A DNA stretch of 64,000 nucleotides from a virus, in the IMG/VR virus record IMGVR_UViG_3300033183_000354, positions 32,001-96,000 of that record. One strand, 5' to 3'. The position numbers and the translations under genes were made by a program. This document shows positions 10,115 to 19,096 of the stretch, piece by piece. The notes beneath the pieces were generated by a model that did not search any database, was not told the DNA's origin, and saw nothing but the letters and a program-made list of their open reading frames with translations. Every line of letters starts with the position of its first letter. Positions within the stretch are counted from its first letter, which is position 1.

Positions 10115-10271
10115 TAAAACTTCAGAGATTGATCGTATTGTTATGTTAATGGAAGAGATTGCATATGCTAAATCACAGCTGCAACCTCATGATACTGGTC
10201 ATATCCATACGGCAATTAATTGGATGCAATCTCGAGTTGATAGTATCAAAGAAAAATTAAAAAAAGAATAG
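10107..10271 (+). CDS. Small hypothetical protein (54 aa, not in ORF track)
   Basis: MSSKTSEIDRIV...PHDTGHIHTAINWM; AGGAG RBS. Confidence 0.7.
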   Translation: MSSKTSEIDRIVMLMEEIAYAKSQLQPHDTGHIHTAINWMQSRVDSIKEKLKKE

Positions 10272-10329
10272 TTTACTTTGTTAGAGAAATATGATATAAT
10301 ACAATTATCTAACAAAAAAGGATACATTC

Positions 10330-11697
10330 TTGCAAGCGAACATTGAACAAACCATCCTTCGTAATCTTCTGACTGATGAAGAGTATATGCGTAAAGTATT
10401 GCCTTTCATTAAGTCAGATTATTTTCAAGGCACATATAAAACCCTCTTTAAAGAAGCGGGCAAATATGTTGGTAAGTATAATAAACTACCAACTACTGAG
10501 TCTCTTGTCATTGAACTACAAGAGACAAGTAATATGTCAGATGAACAGTTTCAAATGTCAATGGATATTATTCCACAACTGTTTACTCGTGAGCCTATTG
10601 ATAATGATTGGCTACTTGATGCCACCGAAAAATGGTGTCAAGATCGCGCATTGTATAATGCTGTAATGGAGTCTATCTCTATTATTGATGGTAAACATGA
10701 ATCTTTGACAAAGAATGCTCTTCCTGATATTTTATCAAAAGCTCTTGGCGTTTCATTTGATAAAAACATTGGTCACGACTATATTGAAAATGTTGAAGAA
10801 CGCTATGAGTTTTATCATACAGAAGAAGATCGAATCCCATTTGATCTAGAATACTTTAATAATATCACGAAAGGTGGAGTACCACGTAAAACATTGAACA
10901 TTGCTCTTGCTGGTACAGGTGTCGGTAAATCTCTGTTTATGTGTCATGTGGCTGCATCTGCCTTAGTCGAAGGACGTAATGTTCTCTACATAACAATGGA
11001 GATGGCAGAAGAACGTATCGCTGAACGTATCGACGCCAATCTTCTAAACGTACCTATCGATCAACTTGAGAATATGTCAAAGGATATGTTTACGACTAAA
11101 GTACATAACCTCGCAAAAAAGACAACAGGTAAACTAATCATTAAAGAATACCCGACTGGCTCAGCGCATGCTGGTCACTTTAGAGCACTGCTCAATGAAT
11201 TAAAATTAAAGAAACAATTCGAACCAGATATTATCTTTATTGATTATCTTAATATCTGTGCTTCTTCTCGTATGAAAGGAATGGGTGGTGCTATTAATTC
11301 TTATAACTATATCAAGGCCATTGCCGAAGAACTTCGAGGCCTTGCTGTGGAATTTGATATACCTGTTTTCTCTGCAACTCAAACTAATCGCAGTGGATAT
11401 TCGAATTCTGATGTTGGTCTTGAAGATACATCTGAAAGCTTTGGCCTTCCGGCTACTGCAGATTTAATGTTTGCTCTTATCTCTACAGAAGAGCTAGAGC
11501 AATCAGGTCAAATGATGGTTAAACAATTAAAGAATAGATATAATGATCCTACGCATAATAAACGTTTTGTGATTGGTGTTGATCGATCGAAGATGAGACT
11601 CTTTGATGCTGACGAAAATGAACAGACTTTAACTGATGATACGCCTGCATTTGATAATGGCAAGATTAATGAAAGATTTAAGGAGTTTAAATTATGA
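10330..11697 (+). CDS. 41: Replicative DNA helicase (T4 gp41)
   Basis: AGTGVGKS, ITMEMAEE, IDYLNI, SESFGLPATAD, QLKNRY. Confidence 0.97.
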   Translation: MQANIEQTILRNLLTDEEYMRKVLPFIKSDYFQGTYKTLFKEAGKYVGKYNKLPTTESLVIELQETSNMSDEQFQMSMDIIPQLFTREPIDNDWLLDATEKWCQDRALYNAVMESISIIDGKHESLTKNALPDILSKALGVSFDKNIGHDYIENVEERYEFYHTEEDRIPFDLEYFNNITKGGVPRKTLNIALAGTGVGKSLFMCHVAASALVEGRNVLYITMEMAEERIAERIDANLLNVPIDQLENMSKDMFTTKVHNLAKKTTGKLIIKEYPTGSAHAGHFRALLNELKLKKQFEPDIIFIDYLNICASSRMKGMGGAINSYNYIKAIAEELRGLAVEFDIPVFSATQTNRSGYSNSDVGLEDTSESFGLPATADLMFALISTEELEQSGQMMVKQLKNRYNDPTHNKRFVIGVDRSKMRLFDADENEQTLTDDTPAFDNGKINERFKEFKL

Positions 11698-12116
11698 GTG
11701 AATCCGATATTAAATTAGACTATGAGGTAGCTAGAGAAATTACTGTACAATTTATTACAAATATGTTGGATAATGATGCTCTACCTGAAGGACGTGAAAT
11801 TGACTTTATGATGGCATGTCAGGAAGTGCTTCATTTCATTATGCTTCCAGAAGAATGGGAAAAAAGATTTGATAGAAATTTCCTCGAATATTCAACAGGG
11901 CCTCGTAAAGTAGATACAGATGATGCTAGTTTATATCATACATTTTGGGGTGAAGGAGAATATGATGATCGATCGGCTTTTGTAAAGATAAATGATAAAG
12001 GCTTCTTTGTTGAGATGTGGAGTAATACAGAGCTTGTTGAGACTAGACCTCTATATGAATATAGTGAGACTTATGCAGAGAATTGTGCAGAGAATTGGGT
12101 AATCGGAGTAATTTGA
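11694..12116 (+). CDS. Hypothetical protein
   Basis: Coupled ORF. Confidence 0.65.
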   Translation: MSESDIKLDYEVAREITVQFITNMLDNDALPEGREIDFMMACQEVLHFIMLPEEWEKRFDRNFLEYSTGPRKVDTDDASLYHTFWGEGEYDDRSAFVKINDKGFFVEMWSNTELVETRPLYEYSETYAENCAENWVIGVI

Positions 12117-12117
12117 T

Positions 12118-12351
12118 ATGTTGATTGAGATAATTGAATATAACGAAGATAGTGATGGTGGTGCTACAGTAACAATAGATATTGATGAAGAAGGTAAAAC
12201 TTTTCTCATAGAAAAAGGTTTTAACAGTCTTCTCGAAAATGCAATCGAGAAAATGAAATCTGATATGGCACTTGTTGAATTAGTCAAATCTGCTCAAGAA
12301 GATGGTGATTATGAACCTATCGTTGATCAAGAGCAAAAGTTCTCTTTTTAA
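12118..12351 (+). CDS. Hypothetical acidic protein
   Basis: GGAG RBS. Confidence 0.65.
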   Translation: MLIEIIEYNEDSDGGATVTIDIDEEGKTFLIEKGFNSLLENAIEKMKSDMALVELVKSAQEDGDYEPIVDQEQKFSF

Positions 12352-12361
12352 GGTATAAATC

Positions 12362-13024
12362 ATGAAAGCAAGATTAATTAGTTATAGTCAACCACCAAAG
12401 GACGGTCTCTATGTCGGTGACAATATCCAAGAACTTATCGCGTATTGCGCCCGTGTATCGAATCCCTCGAACCAAGATAACACGGAAACCTCAGAAAAAC
12501 TACTACGATATCTCATTAGAGAAAAACACTGGTCGCCATTTGAAATGGTTAGCGCTTGCTTAGAGATCGAAACAACTCGAGATATCGCAAGACAATTACT
12601 TCGACATCGTTCATTCTCTTTTCAAGAATTCTCTCAGCGATATGCAGATCCTACTCAAGATCTTCAATTTGAATTCAAAGAAGCTAGACTTCAAGACACG
12701 AAAAATAGACAAAATAGTTTAGATGTTAAAGACGTAGATTTACAGCTTGAATGGCTTAAGCAACAATCAGAAGTAGTAGTAAGAGCAAGAGAAAGTTATG
12801 AATGGGCAATTGAAAATGGTATCGCTAAAGAACAAGCTAGGGCAGTTTTGCCAGAAGGTATTATGCAATCTCGACTCTATGTTAATGGCACCATCAGGTC
12901 CTGGATCCATTATATCGAATTACGTTCAGGCCATGGAACACAAAAAGAACACATTCAGCTAGCCAAAGCTTGTGCTGACGCTATTGAACCTATCTTTCCG
13001 ATGATCAGAGAATTTTGTCATTAA
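12362..13024 (+). CDS. thyX: Flavin-dependent thymidylate synthase
   Basis: HWSPFE, RHRSFSFQEFSQRY, KEQARAVLP. Confidence 0.97.
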   Translation: MKARLISYSQPPKDGLYVGDNIQELIAYCARVSNPSNQDNTETSEKLLRYLIREKHWSPFEMVSACLEIETTRDIARQLLRHRSFSFQEFSQRYADPTQDLQFEFKEARLQDTKNRQNSLDVKDVDLQLEWLKQQSEVVVRARESYEWAIENGIAKEQARAVLPEGIMQSRLYVNGTIRSWIHYIELRSGHGTQKEHIQLAKACADAIEPIFPMIREFCH

Positions 13025-13130
13025 AAAATTACATCTAATTGTTTTTATTAAATAAAAAAATGCGTTTTTTTGTGTACATTCTTCTTAAATTGGGGTATTA
13101 TATATCTATAATCAAAGAGGAGTTAAGATT
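13024..13130 (+). promoter_or_regulatory. Early promoter cassette (repeat copy)
   Basis: Near-identical to 62061-62166 and 1298-1407. Confidence 0.75.
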
Positions 13131-13283
13131 ATGTTTAAGTTTGTTATTACTGCTAAGATGGAAAATGGCGAAGCATGGGAAACCGTACGTCATACCAAGC
13201 AAGGCCTTGATGAAGTTATCTCAAACATCTTAAAGGATAAAGCTGTAGTTTCATTCTCTGTTGAAGAGAAGAAATATGCTTAA
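13131..13283 (+). CDS. Small early protein (50 aa, not in ORF track)
   Basis: MFKFVITAKMENGEAWETV...; GAGGAG RBS. Confidence 0.7.
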   Translation: MFKFVITAKMENGEAWETVRHTKQGLDEVISNILKDKAVVSFSVEEKKYA

Positions 13284-13779
13284 GCGTATCTTAATGACAG
13301 CATGCACTGTTATGTCAATGAGTGCAGCAGCAGAAGCTGCAGATTTCAATGATGAAATGAAGTGCATGGCTGATAACATGTATTGGGAATCACGTAATCA
13401 ATCTTTTCGTGGTTTAATTGCGGTTGGTAATGTAGTCATGAATCGAGTTGCCGATTCACGTTATCCTAATACTATTTGTGAAGTAGTTAAACAAGGACCT
13501 GAGATTAAGTCTTGGAAGTCTGGTGAATATTTTCCAAAGCGTGACCGGTGTCAGTTCTCTTGGTACTGTGATGGGAAGTCAGATGAGATTCCGGAAGTGG
13601 ATGCTAATCTTTATGAATATGTTCGTGCATTAGCAGTTAAAGTTTCAGATGGTTTCTTTGGTGATATTACCGGTGGTGCTACACATTATCATGCTTATTA
13701 TGTTAGACCAGATTGGGCAGAGACAAAAACACCTACTGCTCGTGTAGATGCTCATATTTTTTACAGGTGGGAAAAATGA
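13276..13779 (+). CDS. SleB-like cell wall hydrolase (Hydrolase_2) with signal peptide
   Basis: YWESRNQ, AVGNVVMNRV, CQFSWYCDG, GATHYHA. Confidence 0.9.
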   Translation: MLKRILMTACTVMSMSAAAEAADFNDEMKCMADNMYWESRNQSFRGLIAVGNVVMNRVADSRYPNTICEVVKQGPEIKSWKSGEYFPKRDRCQFSWYCDGKSDEIPEVDANLYEYVRALAVKVSDGFFGDITGGATHYHAYYVRPDWAETKTPTARVDAHIFYRWEK

Positions 13780-14141
13780 TTATAGAATTTGATAAAGATG
13801 ATTACAATGGCATTGACTATAAGTTCAATGAAGATATTCTGATTGAAGAGTTTCAAGAATATATTGACTCAACATATAGTGGTCATTATTCAAAGGATAA
13901 TTTTCAAGCTACTGAATTTATTATCGATGGTGGTCATGGTACGGGTTTCTGTATTGGAAATGTTCTTAAGTACGCGCAGCGTTACGGGAAGAAAGGCTCG
14001 CGCGAAGACGCTCGGAAGGACTTAATGAAGGTTTTGCACTATGCTCTGATTCAGCTTTATGTGCATGACTCTGAGCCTGATGTGGAGGAAGAGATTTTGC
14101 TTTATCGTGGTGAGAAAATCGGTTCAAGCGCAGATTCATAA
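13776..14141 (+). CDS. DUF3310-like (T7 gp1.7 nucleotide kinase-like) protein
   Basis: HY...GFCIGNVLKYAQRYGKK...DLMKVLHY. Confidence 0.75.
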   Translation: MIIEFDKDDYNGIDYKFNEDILIEEFQEYIDSTYSGHYSKDNFQATEFIIDGGHGTGFCIGNVLKYAQRYGKKGSREDARKDLMKVLHYALIQLYVHDSEPDVEEEILLYRGEKIGSSADS

Positions 14142-14252
14142 AATCTATCTGACGCTTAATGTAAACAACTCGGTCTTCCAAAGCTCCTCTTAATTCCGGA
14201 AGACCGAGTTGTTTTCTTATTGCTTGTATTTGAGGCTTTAATATCTCATACA

Positions 14253-14852
14253 TTAGTTAGCCAGAGGGTTGTCTAAGGCTCTTTGTAGTTTCTTACTAAG
14301 ACGATCTTCTAGATCTTTCAGTTCACGTTCTACCTTTGCTTCGAGGTCATCCATACGACTTGTATTTGATTCTTGAAGTCTATTCGCTTTCTCATCATAA
14401 TCTACTTGCAATCTATCACGCTTATTCTCAAATCTTTCTTCGGCATTCTGCACTATTGAACGTACTTCAGCTTCCACTTTTCTTACTTCATCTTCTACAC
14501 GATCTGCAGTTTTTTCGATCGAAAGAATATCATCTCGTAGATCGCCTTTAATGGCTCTGGTATAGTCGACCGCTTCTTCTAATTTAGTTTCAATTACTTC
14601 CATGCGTTGCTCAAATCCGGCAATCTTTTCTTCATATTCTTGTTGTTGCTCAACAAACTCAATCGCCTGTTCAATCTTCTGATACATAAGGAAACCACCA
14701 TAAAGGGCGCCTACCACTGAACCAAGAACAGCAACAAGCGCCGATACAGTCATAAATGTAACCTTAATACCAAAGATACGGAACTCTTTATTCTTTAAGT
14801 TCTCAATACCCTCTTCCATATTTTCAAGTTCTTGACCTAGATCTTTAGTCAT
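14253..14852 (-). CDS. Single-TM protein with long coiled coil
   Basis: TM segment at aa ~33-57, heptad-rich tail. Confidence 0.75.
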   Translation of the reverse strand: MTKDLGQELENMEEGIENLKNKEFRIFGIKVTFMTVSALVAVLGSVVGALYGGFLMYQKIEQAIEFVEQQQEYEEKIAGFEQRMEVIETKLEEAVDYTRAIKGDLRDDILSIEKTADRVEDEVRKVEAEVRSIVQNAEERFENKRDRLQVDYDEKANRLQESNTSRMDDLEAKVERELKDLEDRLSKKLQRALDNPLAN

Positions 14853-15249
14853 TGTTACCTTCCTGTAAATCTTGCAAGCGTTTGAGTTCCTGTTCTAATT
14901 TTAATATCTCTAGTCTTTTCTTTTTCAATTCAAGTTCATACAGAGTATTACAATTAATTCTTTCTGCAGGCCCGTCAAGTGGAATAGTTATTCTTGCGAA
15001 TACACCAACATCTTTTGAACTATTTCCGGAACTACTACTAAAAGGAGCTTCATAATTATCGATAATACCAGTTACTCCGAATTCCAAATTTGTTCCACCG
15101 CCAATTGAATTCTTACAATCTAATTCTCCAGCTCTAAAAGCATCTTGTCCATATGTATTACCAGCATTTGGCAATTGTAAGTTAAGTGAGCTACTTTCTG
15201 CAAGAGCTATTGATGGAATTAGCGATAATATAAAAATAATTTTCTTCAT
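14845..15249 (-). CDS. Exported protein with amphipathic beta strands and coiled-coil tail
   Basis: Signal peptide; NLEFGVTGII and VGVFARITIPL between two Cys. Confidence 0.7.
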   Translation of the reverse strand: MKKIIFILSLIPSIALAESSSLNLQLPNAGNTYGQDAFRAGELDCKNSIGGGTNLEFGVTGIIDNYEAPFSSSSGNSSKDVGVFARITIPLDGPAERINCNTLYELELKKKRLEILKLEQELKRLQDLQEGNND

Positions 15250-15617
15250 TTAAATCTCGAGCATATCATTGAAGATATTGCTGGTGCATTATTGTTTCTC
15301 AATTTAGAAGTAGAACAAATATATTCAGTTCTTTCTCTATCTTGTTCACGAATATACACATCAAATTTTACTCTTGACAAATATTCAAGCTTGAATAATT
15401 TAAATGATGATACGAATGGAATTGGATTCCATTCTTCATCAAATACAGCAATCTCATAATATTCAACATCTTCTCTTTTATTGAACATCTCCATTTCGGT
15501 TACCAATAAACCGTCATGAATAGATGTTTTCCACTTTGGATATGTCGGTGTCATCTCATGCGCATACGCAAAAAATGGCATTAACATAATGAGAAATGTT
15601 AAAATATAATTTCTCAT
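15246..15617 (-). CDS. Exported Ig-like protein, pilus chaperone-like
   Basis: Signal peptide ending AYA; HEMTPT...MFN...YYEIAV; Cys pair. Confidence 0.5.
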   Translation of the reverse strand: MRNYILTFLIMLMPFFAYAHEMTPTYPKWKTSIHDGLLVTEMEMFNKREDVEYYEIAVFDEEWNPIPFVSSFKLFKLEYLSRVKFDVYIREQDRERTEYICSTSKLRNNNAPAISSMICSRFK

Positions 15618-15618
15618 A

Positions 15619-16122
15619 TTACTTTGCAATACACACTGCTTCGATATTTGCAGTGTATGTTCCACCAGGGAAAGCCTTATCGCCACCATAAGAGGCAGTC
15701 GAACTAGACTTAAACCAAGTTGATCCAGTCGCAGTCAAATCATATTGTGTTGTCTGACCAAATGTTACTTTATTTGTTTCGTATGAACCCATGTTAGTAG
15801 CATCACTTACAGCACTTACTTCAGTCGATCCAGTCCATGTGACCGTATCACTCAAAGAAGGACTTTGAGCAAATGAAGTTGGTGTAGTGATTTGAGCATA
15901 GTATGCATCAGCAAGTGTTACATCATATCTTACGATAGGCTGCACGCCGCCATCTGCAGCTGCAGTTGTAAGCGTATACGCATTTGGGTTTCCATAGACA
16001 CCAGGAGTGTCAGTAGTGATTACACAGCGGGATTGTACATTACCAGTAATTGGAACCTCTTCGGCATATACTGCTGCTGTCCCTAAACACATTACCCCGA
16101 CAAGAATTGCTTTTCTAAGCAT
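15619..16122 (-). CDS. Exported pilin/fimbrial-subunit-like protein
   Basis: Signal peptide; ITGNVQSRCVI start; GGTYTANIEAVC end; Thr-rich all-beta. Confidence 0.55.
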   Translation of the reverse strand: MLRKAILVGVMCLGTAAVYAEEVPITGNVQSRCVITTDTPGVYGNPNAYTLTTAAADGGVQPIVRYDVTLADAYYAQITTPTSFAQSPSLSDTVTWTGSTEVSAVSDATNMGSYETNKVTFGQTTQYDLTATGSTWFKSSSTASYGGDKAFPGGTYTANIEAVCIAK

Positions 16123-16131
16123 TTACTTCTC

Positions 16132-17028
16132 CTAATTATTATACTGCATTTCGACCATTTCTTCATGCAGTAATTGTTGCGCAAGGCCGTTCCTTAATCC
16201 TTGCTTGTTTTCATCAATTTTCTTATCAACTAAAACTAAACTGTCTTTATATTCACCACCAGGAATAGAAGTTTTTAGATAGGTGTTATCGATTATAGTC
16301 TGTACAGCTCTATTCATAGCCAGTAACCGTAAATCTTGAGAAATCAATAATGCTGCATTTGTATCTGCTAGAGCTTGCAATCGATATTCTCTCTTACGCT
16401 TTTCTTCTTCCTCTTTTTCTTCTTCATCGATCTCTTCAAGCACTTCTTCGTTTTCTTCGATCGTAACTCTTTCTTCGTTGCTGAGAGTTACATACTCATC
16501 TTGTGTTGCATCATATATCGTACTTACATCAACTTCAGGTATCACTGGAATAGGAGCTTCATATCCAGGACAGTTAGGATCAAATTGCGGATCATAACAA
16601 GGATCAACTTTATAACTATAAATCACTGTCGCATCTTCGACTGTGCCAGTGCCTTCTACTTCAATGGATCCATCACCCCATAATTCTCGAGGCAGTTGAG
16701 GAATAACTGGAACAGCTTTCCTAATTTCAATTCCACCTGGTGCACCAGACCAGTCATCTGTTTCGCGAAAGATATATCCAGTGCCATTTGCATTTTCATT
16801 CTGTACGTGCACCTTCATATCGTCTTCGGTGTTCTTATTTGGTGTATAACTATAGATCACACCATTAATATCTAATCCAGGAGGAGTTGGCAAGACATTG
16901 TCCATACTCCATGTGTGGCCACCAGCCGCAGCATTTGGTGTAGTACCAAAGTATGGCTGAATGCTATCAGAATAAGAGTAAGAGGGTAAGAAGACCACCA
17001 ATACCGTAAGTAGCAGTTTCTTTAACAT
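16132..17028 (-). CDS. Exported protein (beta domain, DPCYDPQFDPNCPGY motif, acidic linker)
   Basis: Signal peptide; translated motifs. Confidence 0.7.
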   Translation of the reverse strand: MLKKLLLTVLVVFLPSYSYSDSIQPYFGTTPNAAAGGHTWSMDNVLPTPPGLDINGVIYSYTPNKNTEDDMKVHVQNENANGTGYIFRETDDWSGAPGGIEIRKAVPVIPQLPRELWGDGSIEVEGTGTVEDATVIYSYKVDPCYDPQFDPNCPGYEAPIPVIPEVDVSTIYDATQDEYVTLSNEERVTIEENEEVLEEIDEEEKEEEEKRKREYRLQALADTNAALLISQDLRLLAMNRAVQTIIDNTYLKTSIPGGEYKDSLVLVDKKIDENKQGLRNGLAQQLLHEEMVEMQYNN

Positions 17029-17506
17029 CTCTTTTCTCCTCAGCCCCAACTTTTTCTAATTGAGATTCTTTATGAGATTCCCAACCAATCTTTGCAGCTT
17101 CACCAATCTGGCCTTCATAAGGGCATGGAGTGCCAGCCATCATCATGGCATCAAACACGTTCTTATCTTGACACATAACAGAAACAGCAGCGACTTTCAT
17201 TCCCATATCGTATAGAGTCTTAGCATTCTTAAGTCTTAAGCAATTCTCTTCTGTAAATGTAGTACCAGCAGAGATACCTAAAATCTGAGTTTGTACAGCA
17301 CCAGCGACACCAATAGTACATAAATCACTGTTGCTATTAGCGCCTAGTTGTGGAGAGATAGCTGATGGAGGAGGCGACTTTACAGTAGTTTCCATCGTTC
17401 CATTTGTTGTAACCGTGCTGTTGGTTGTCGATTCAGTTACGATCGGTTCTGCAATCGCCAATGATGAAAACATAATAAAGACAGCAGCTAATGCTAGTCT
17501 TTTCAT
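16967..17506 (-). CDS. Exported Cys-containing protein with beta-hairpin and C-terminal hydrophobic tail
   Basis: Signal peptide; CTIGVAGAVQTQILGISAG; 4 Cys; GGAG RBS. Confidence 0.75.
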   Translation of the reverse strand: MKRLALAAVFIMFSSLAIAEPIVTESTTNSTVTTNGTMETTVKSPPPSAISPQLGANSNSDLCTIGVAGAVQTQILGISAGTTFTEENCLRLKNAKTLYDMGMKVAAVSVMCQDKNVFDAMMMAGTPCPYEGQIGEAAKIGWESHKESQLEKVGAEEKRDVKETATYGIGGLLTLLLLF

Positions 17507-17527
17507 AAAGTATTTCTCCTACATTAA

Positions 17528-17535
17528 TATTTATA
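17528..17535 (-). promoter_or_regulatory. T4-type late promoter TATAAATA (second copy at 17607-17614)
   Basis: TATTTATA on + strand just upstream of the minus-strand operon. Confidence 0.65.
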
Positions 17536-17616
17536 TAGTGTCAATTTTTTGACACTAACAATAATTTGTTATGTTCAATTGTCATAATATTGACCAATTA
17601 TATCAGTATTTATATG

Positions 17617-17652
17617 TTTACAAACACAGAAAACTGTAGTATAATATAAATA
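17617..17652 (+). promoter_or_regulatory. sigma70 promoter overlapping a late promoter, driving tmRNA
   Basis: TTTACA-N17-TATAAT plus TATAAATA at 17645-17652. Confidence 0.75.
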
Positions 17653-17654
17653 CA

Positions 17655-18045
17655 ATTGTAGTGATGAAGCAGACCGAAAGATAGACTGGACACGGGGGCA
17701 GTACCCGTCAGCTCCACCATAAACACACGGTGAATGACATGCGTATCAAATTAAATTCAGGCGATGAGTATGATGCACTCACAAAAGCCAAGAAATATTT
17801 TAAGTGGCGCGCAGGTCAACGCAAAAAGATCAAGCGAGGCTACAATAAAAGACTTCGCCGTGTGCTTATGATGGGGCTGAACTAGGATCGACAGGTATTG
17901 AATAGGGAAGTGGAGCTATCCCGCGCAAGCTGGGTTAACGCAAGAACTAAGTAACTGCAAACGATAACTTTGCACCTGTAGATTACGCTATCGCAGCATA
18001 ATCTAGCGGGCCAGTCCGGAGCCTAGGAACAGAATCCGGACACTT
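17655..18045 (+). ncRNA. ssrA: Circularly permuted two-piece tmRNA (outer ends approximate)
   Basis: Acceptor piece ends GACACGGGGGCAGTACCCGTCAGCTCCACCA (17719); coding piece starts GGGGCTGAACTAGGATCGAC (17873); tag ANDNFAPVDYAIAA* at 17957-18001. Confidence 0.93.
17739..17885 (+). CDS. Small Lys/Arg-rich protein encoded in tmRNA intervening segment (48 aa)
   Basis: MRIKLNSGDEYDALTKAKKYFKWRAGQRKKIKRGYNKRLRRVLMMGLN; GGTGA upstream; stop lies inside tmRNA coding piece. Confidence 0.65.
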   Translation: MRIKLNSGDEYDALTKAKKYFKWRAGQRKKIKRGYNKRLRRVLMMGLN

Positions 18046-18061
18046 AACTTGGAGATATATA

Positions 18062-18250
18062 ATGATAGCAGCAGTTTTATTTGCAATGTTGTTTGTTGCA
18101 GACAATAGAGAGTTTTTTGACACAGTTGAAGAGCAACAAAAACAAGGATATAAGTGGACGAAAGTTGGAAAGAGCCAACCGTCCGGAACACCAGCACTTG
18201 TAATGAAGAATACCAATGAAGAGTACATCTACTACAGATTGGAAAAGTAA
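18062..18250 (+). CDS. Small membrane/exported protein
   Basis: GGAG RBS, hydrophobic N-terminus. Confidence 0.65.
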   Translation: MIAAVLFAMLFVADNREFFDTVEEQQKQGYKWTKVGKSQPSGTPALVMKNTNEEYIYYRLEK

Positions 18251-18600
18251 TGAAAACGCTTTTATCAGCCCTCGTGCTGCTGGCCTTAGTTTCTACCACA
18301 GAAGCTAAGTGGTTTCAGAAACCCGTACAGTGTTCGACAGGAGAAGATGTCTATAGTACATTGATCGAACCATACGATTTACAGCCGATGTTTGCGGCTG
18401 TGGCAAGTATCGTTACACCGGATGCATCATCTCCGGCAGTATTAATCTTTTATATGAATATAGATACGGGAAGATTTCTTATTGTTGAAACTGACGATAT
18501 AAGTACATGTATTATTGGAATTGGTGATGGTGTTGATTTTAATATTACGCCAGAAGAGATGAGAAAATTTTTATTAAATGAAAACGACTCTCAGTTTTAG
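18250..18600 (+). CDS. Exported hypothetical protein
   Basis: Signal peptide, KPVQC...TCIIG. Confidence 0.7.
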   Translation: MKTLLSALVLLALVSTTEAKWFQKPVQCSTGEDVYSTLIEPYDLQPMFAAVASIVTPDASSPAVLIFYMNIDTGRFLIVETDDISTCIIGIGDGVDFNITPEEMRKFLLNENDSQF

Positions 18601-19096
18601 TGATAAGAAAAAGATAGTACAAAATAGAAAGTTATTGCCTTATAAATTCATTGGGAAAGTGTCTCAACAGTTTATTGAAGATTGTATTTCAGATTTAAAT
18701 CATTTAGAAGACACTACATTAAAATCAAAAAATAATAATATTGATTTCGGCGATTATTCTTTCTTAGACCATTATCATCAAAAGCATCTGAATAATATAG
18801 AATTGCCTAATATATTCAAATTATTTGGTGAAGTCTATGATTTAAGATATGGGATCCTAGACAAAGATCAATCAATTCCTCCTCATGTTGATAAGCCTGA
18901 TGGCCATCGATTCATGTGTATCATCAAAGGTAAGCATGAATATGTTACTCAAGTAGAAGAAATAAATAAAGTTGAAATGAATGAAGGTGAACTTTGGTTT
19001 ATTAATGCTAGTTTTAAGCATAAAGTAATAAACACTGGTCATCAAGATAGAATTGCTTTGTTAGGAAAATTTAATGACATCTCTCAATTATTATGA
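18578..19096 (+). CDS. 2OG-Fe(II) oxygenase (Asp/Asn beta-hydroxylase-like)
   Basis: IPPHVD...HKVIN.G...RIAL. Confidence 0.75.
   Translation: MKTTLSFSDKKKIVQNRKLLPYKFIGKVSQQFIEDCISDLNHLEDTTLKSKNNNIDFGDYSFLDHYHQKHLNNIELPNIFKLFGEVYDLRYGILDKDQSIPPHVDKPDGHRFMCIIKGKHEYVTQVEEINKVEMNEGELWFINASFKHKVINTGHQDRIALLGKFNDISQLL

Noticed and set aside
13966-14253. 95-aa minus-strand ORF as seventh gene of the exported-protein operon
   Set aside because: Coupled start is plausible, but more than half overlaps the DUF3310-like gene antisense; not supportable
17538-17600. Pho box or operator between the minus-strand operon and tmRNA (TTGTCAT, GTGTCAA...TTGACAC palindrome)
   Set aside because: Only one good half-site; the palindrome is real but no function can be supported
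17983-18299. Minus-strand ORFs ending ...DYAAIA near the tmRNA
   Set aside because: Antisense shadow ORFs without an RBS; similarity to the tag is coincidental
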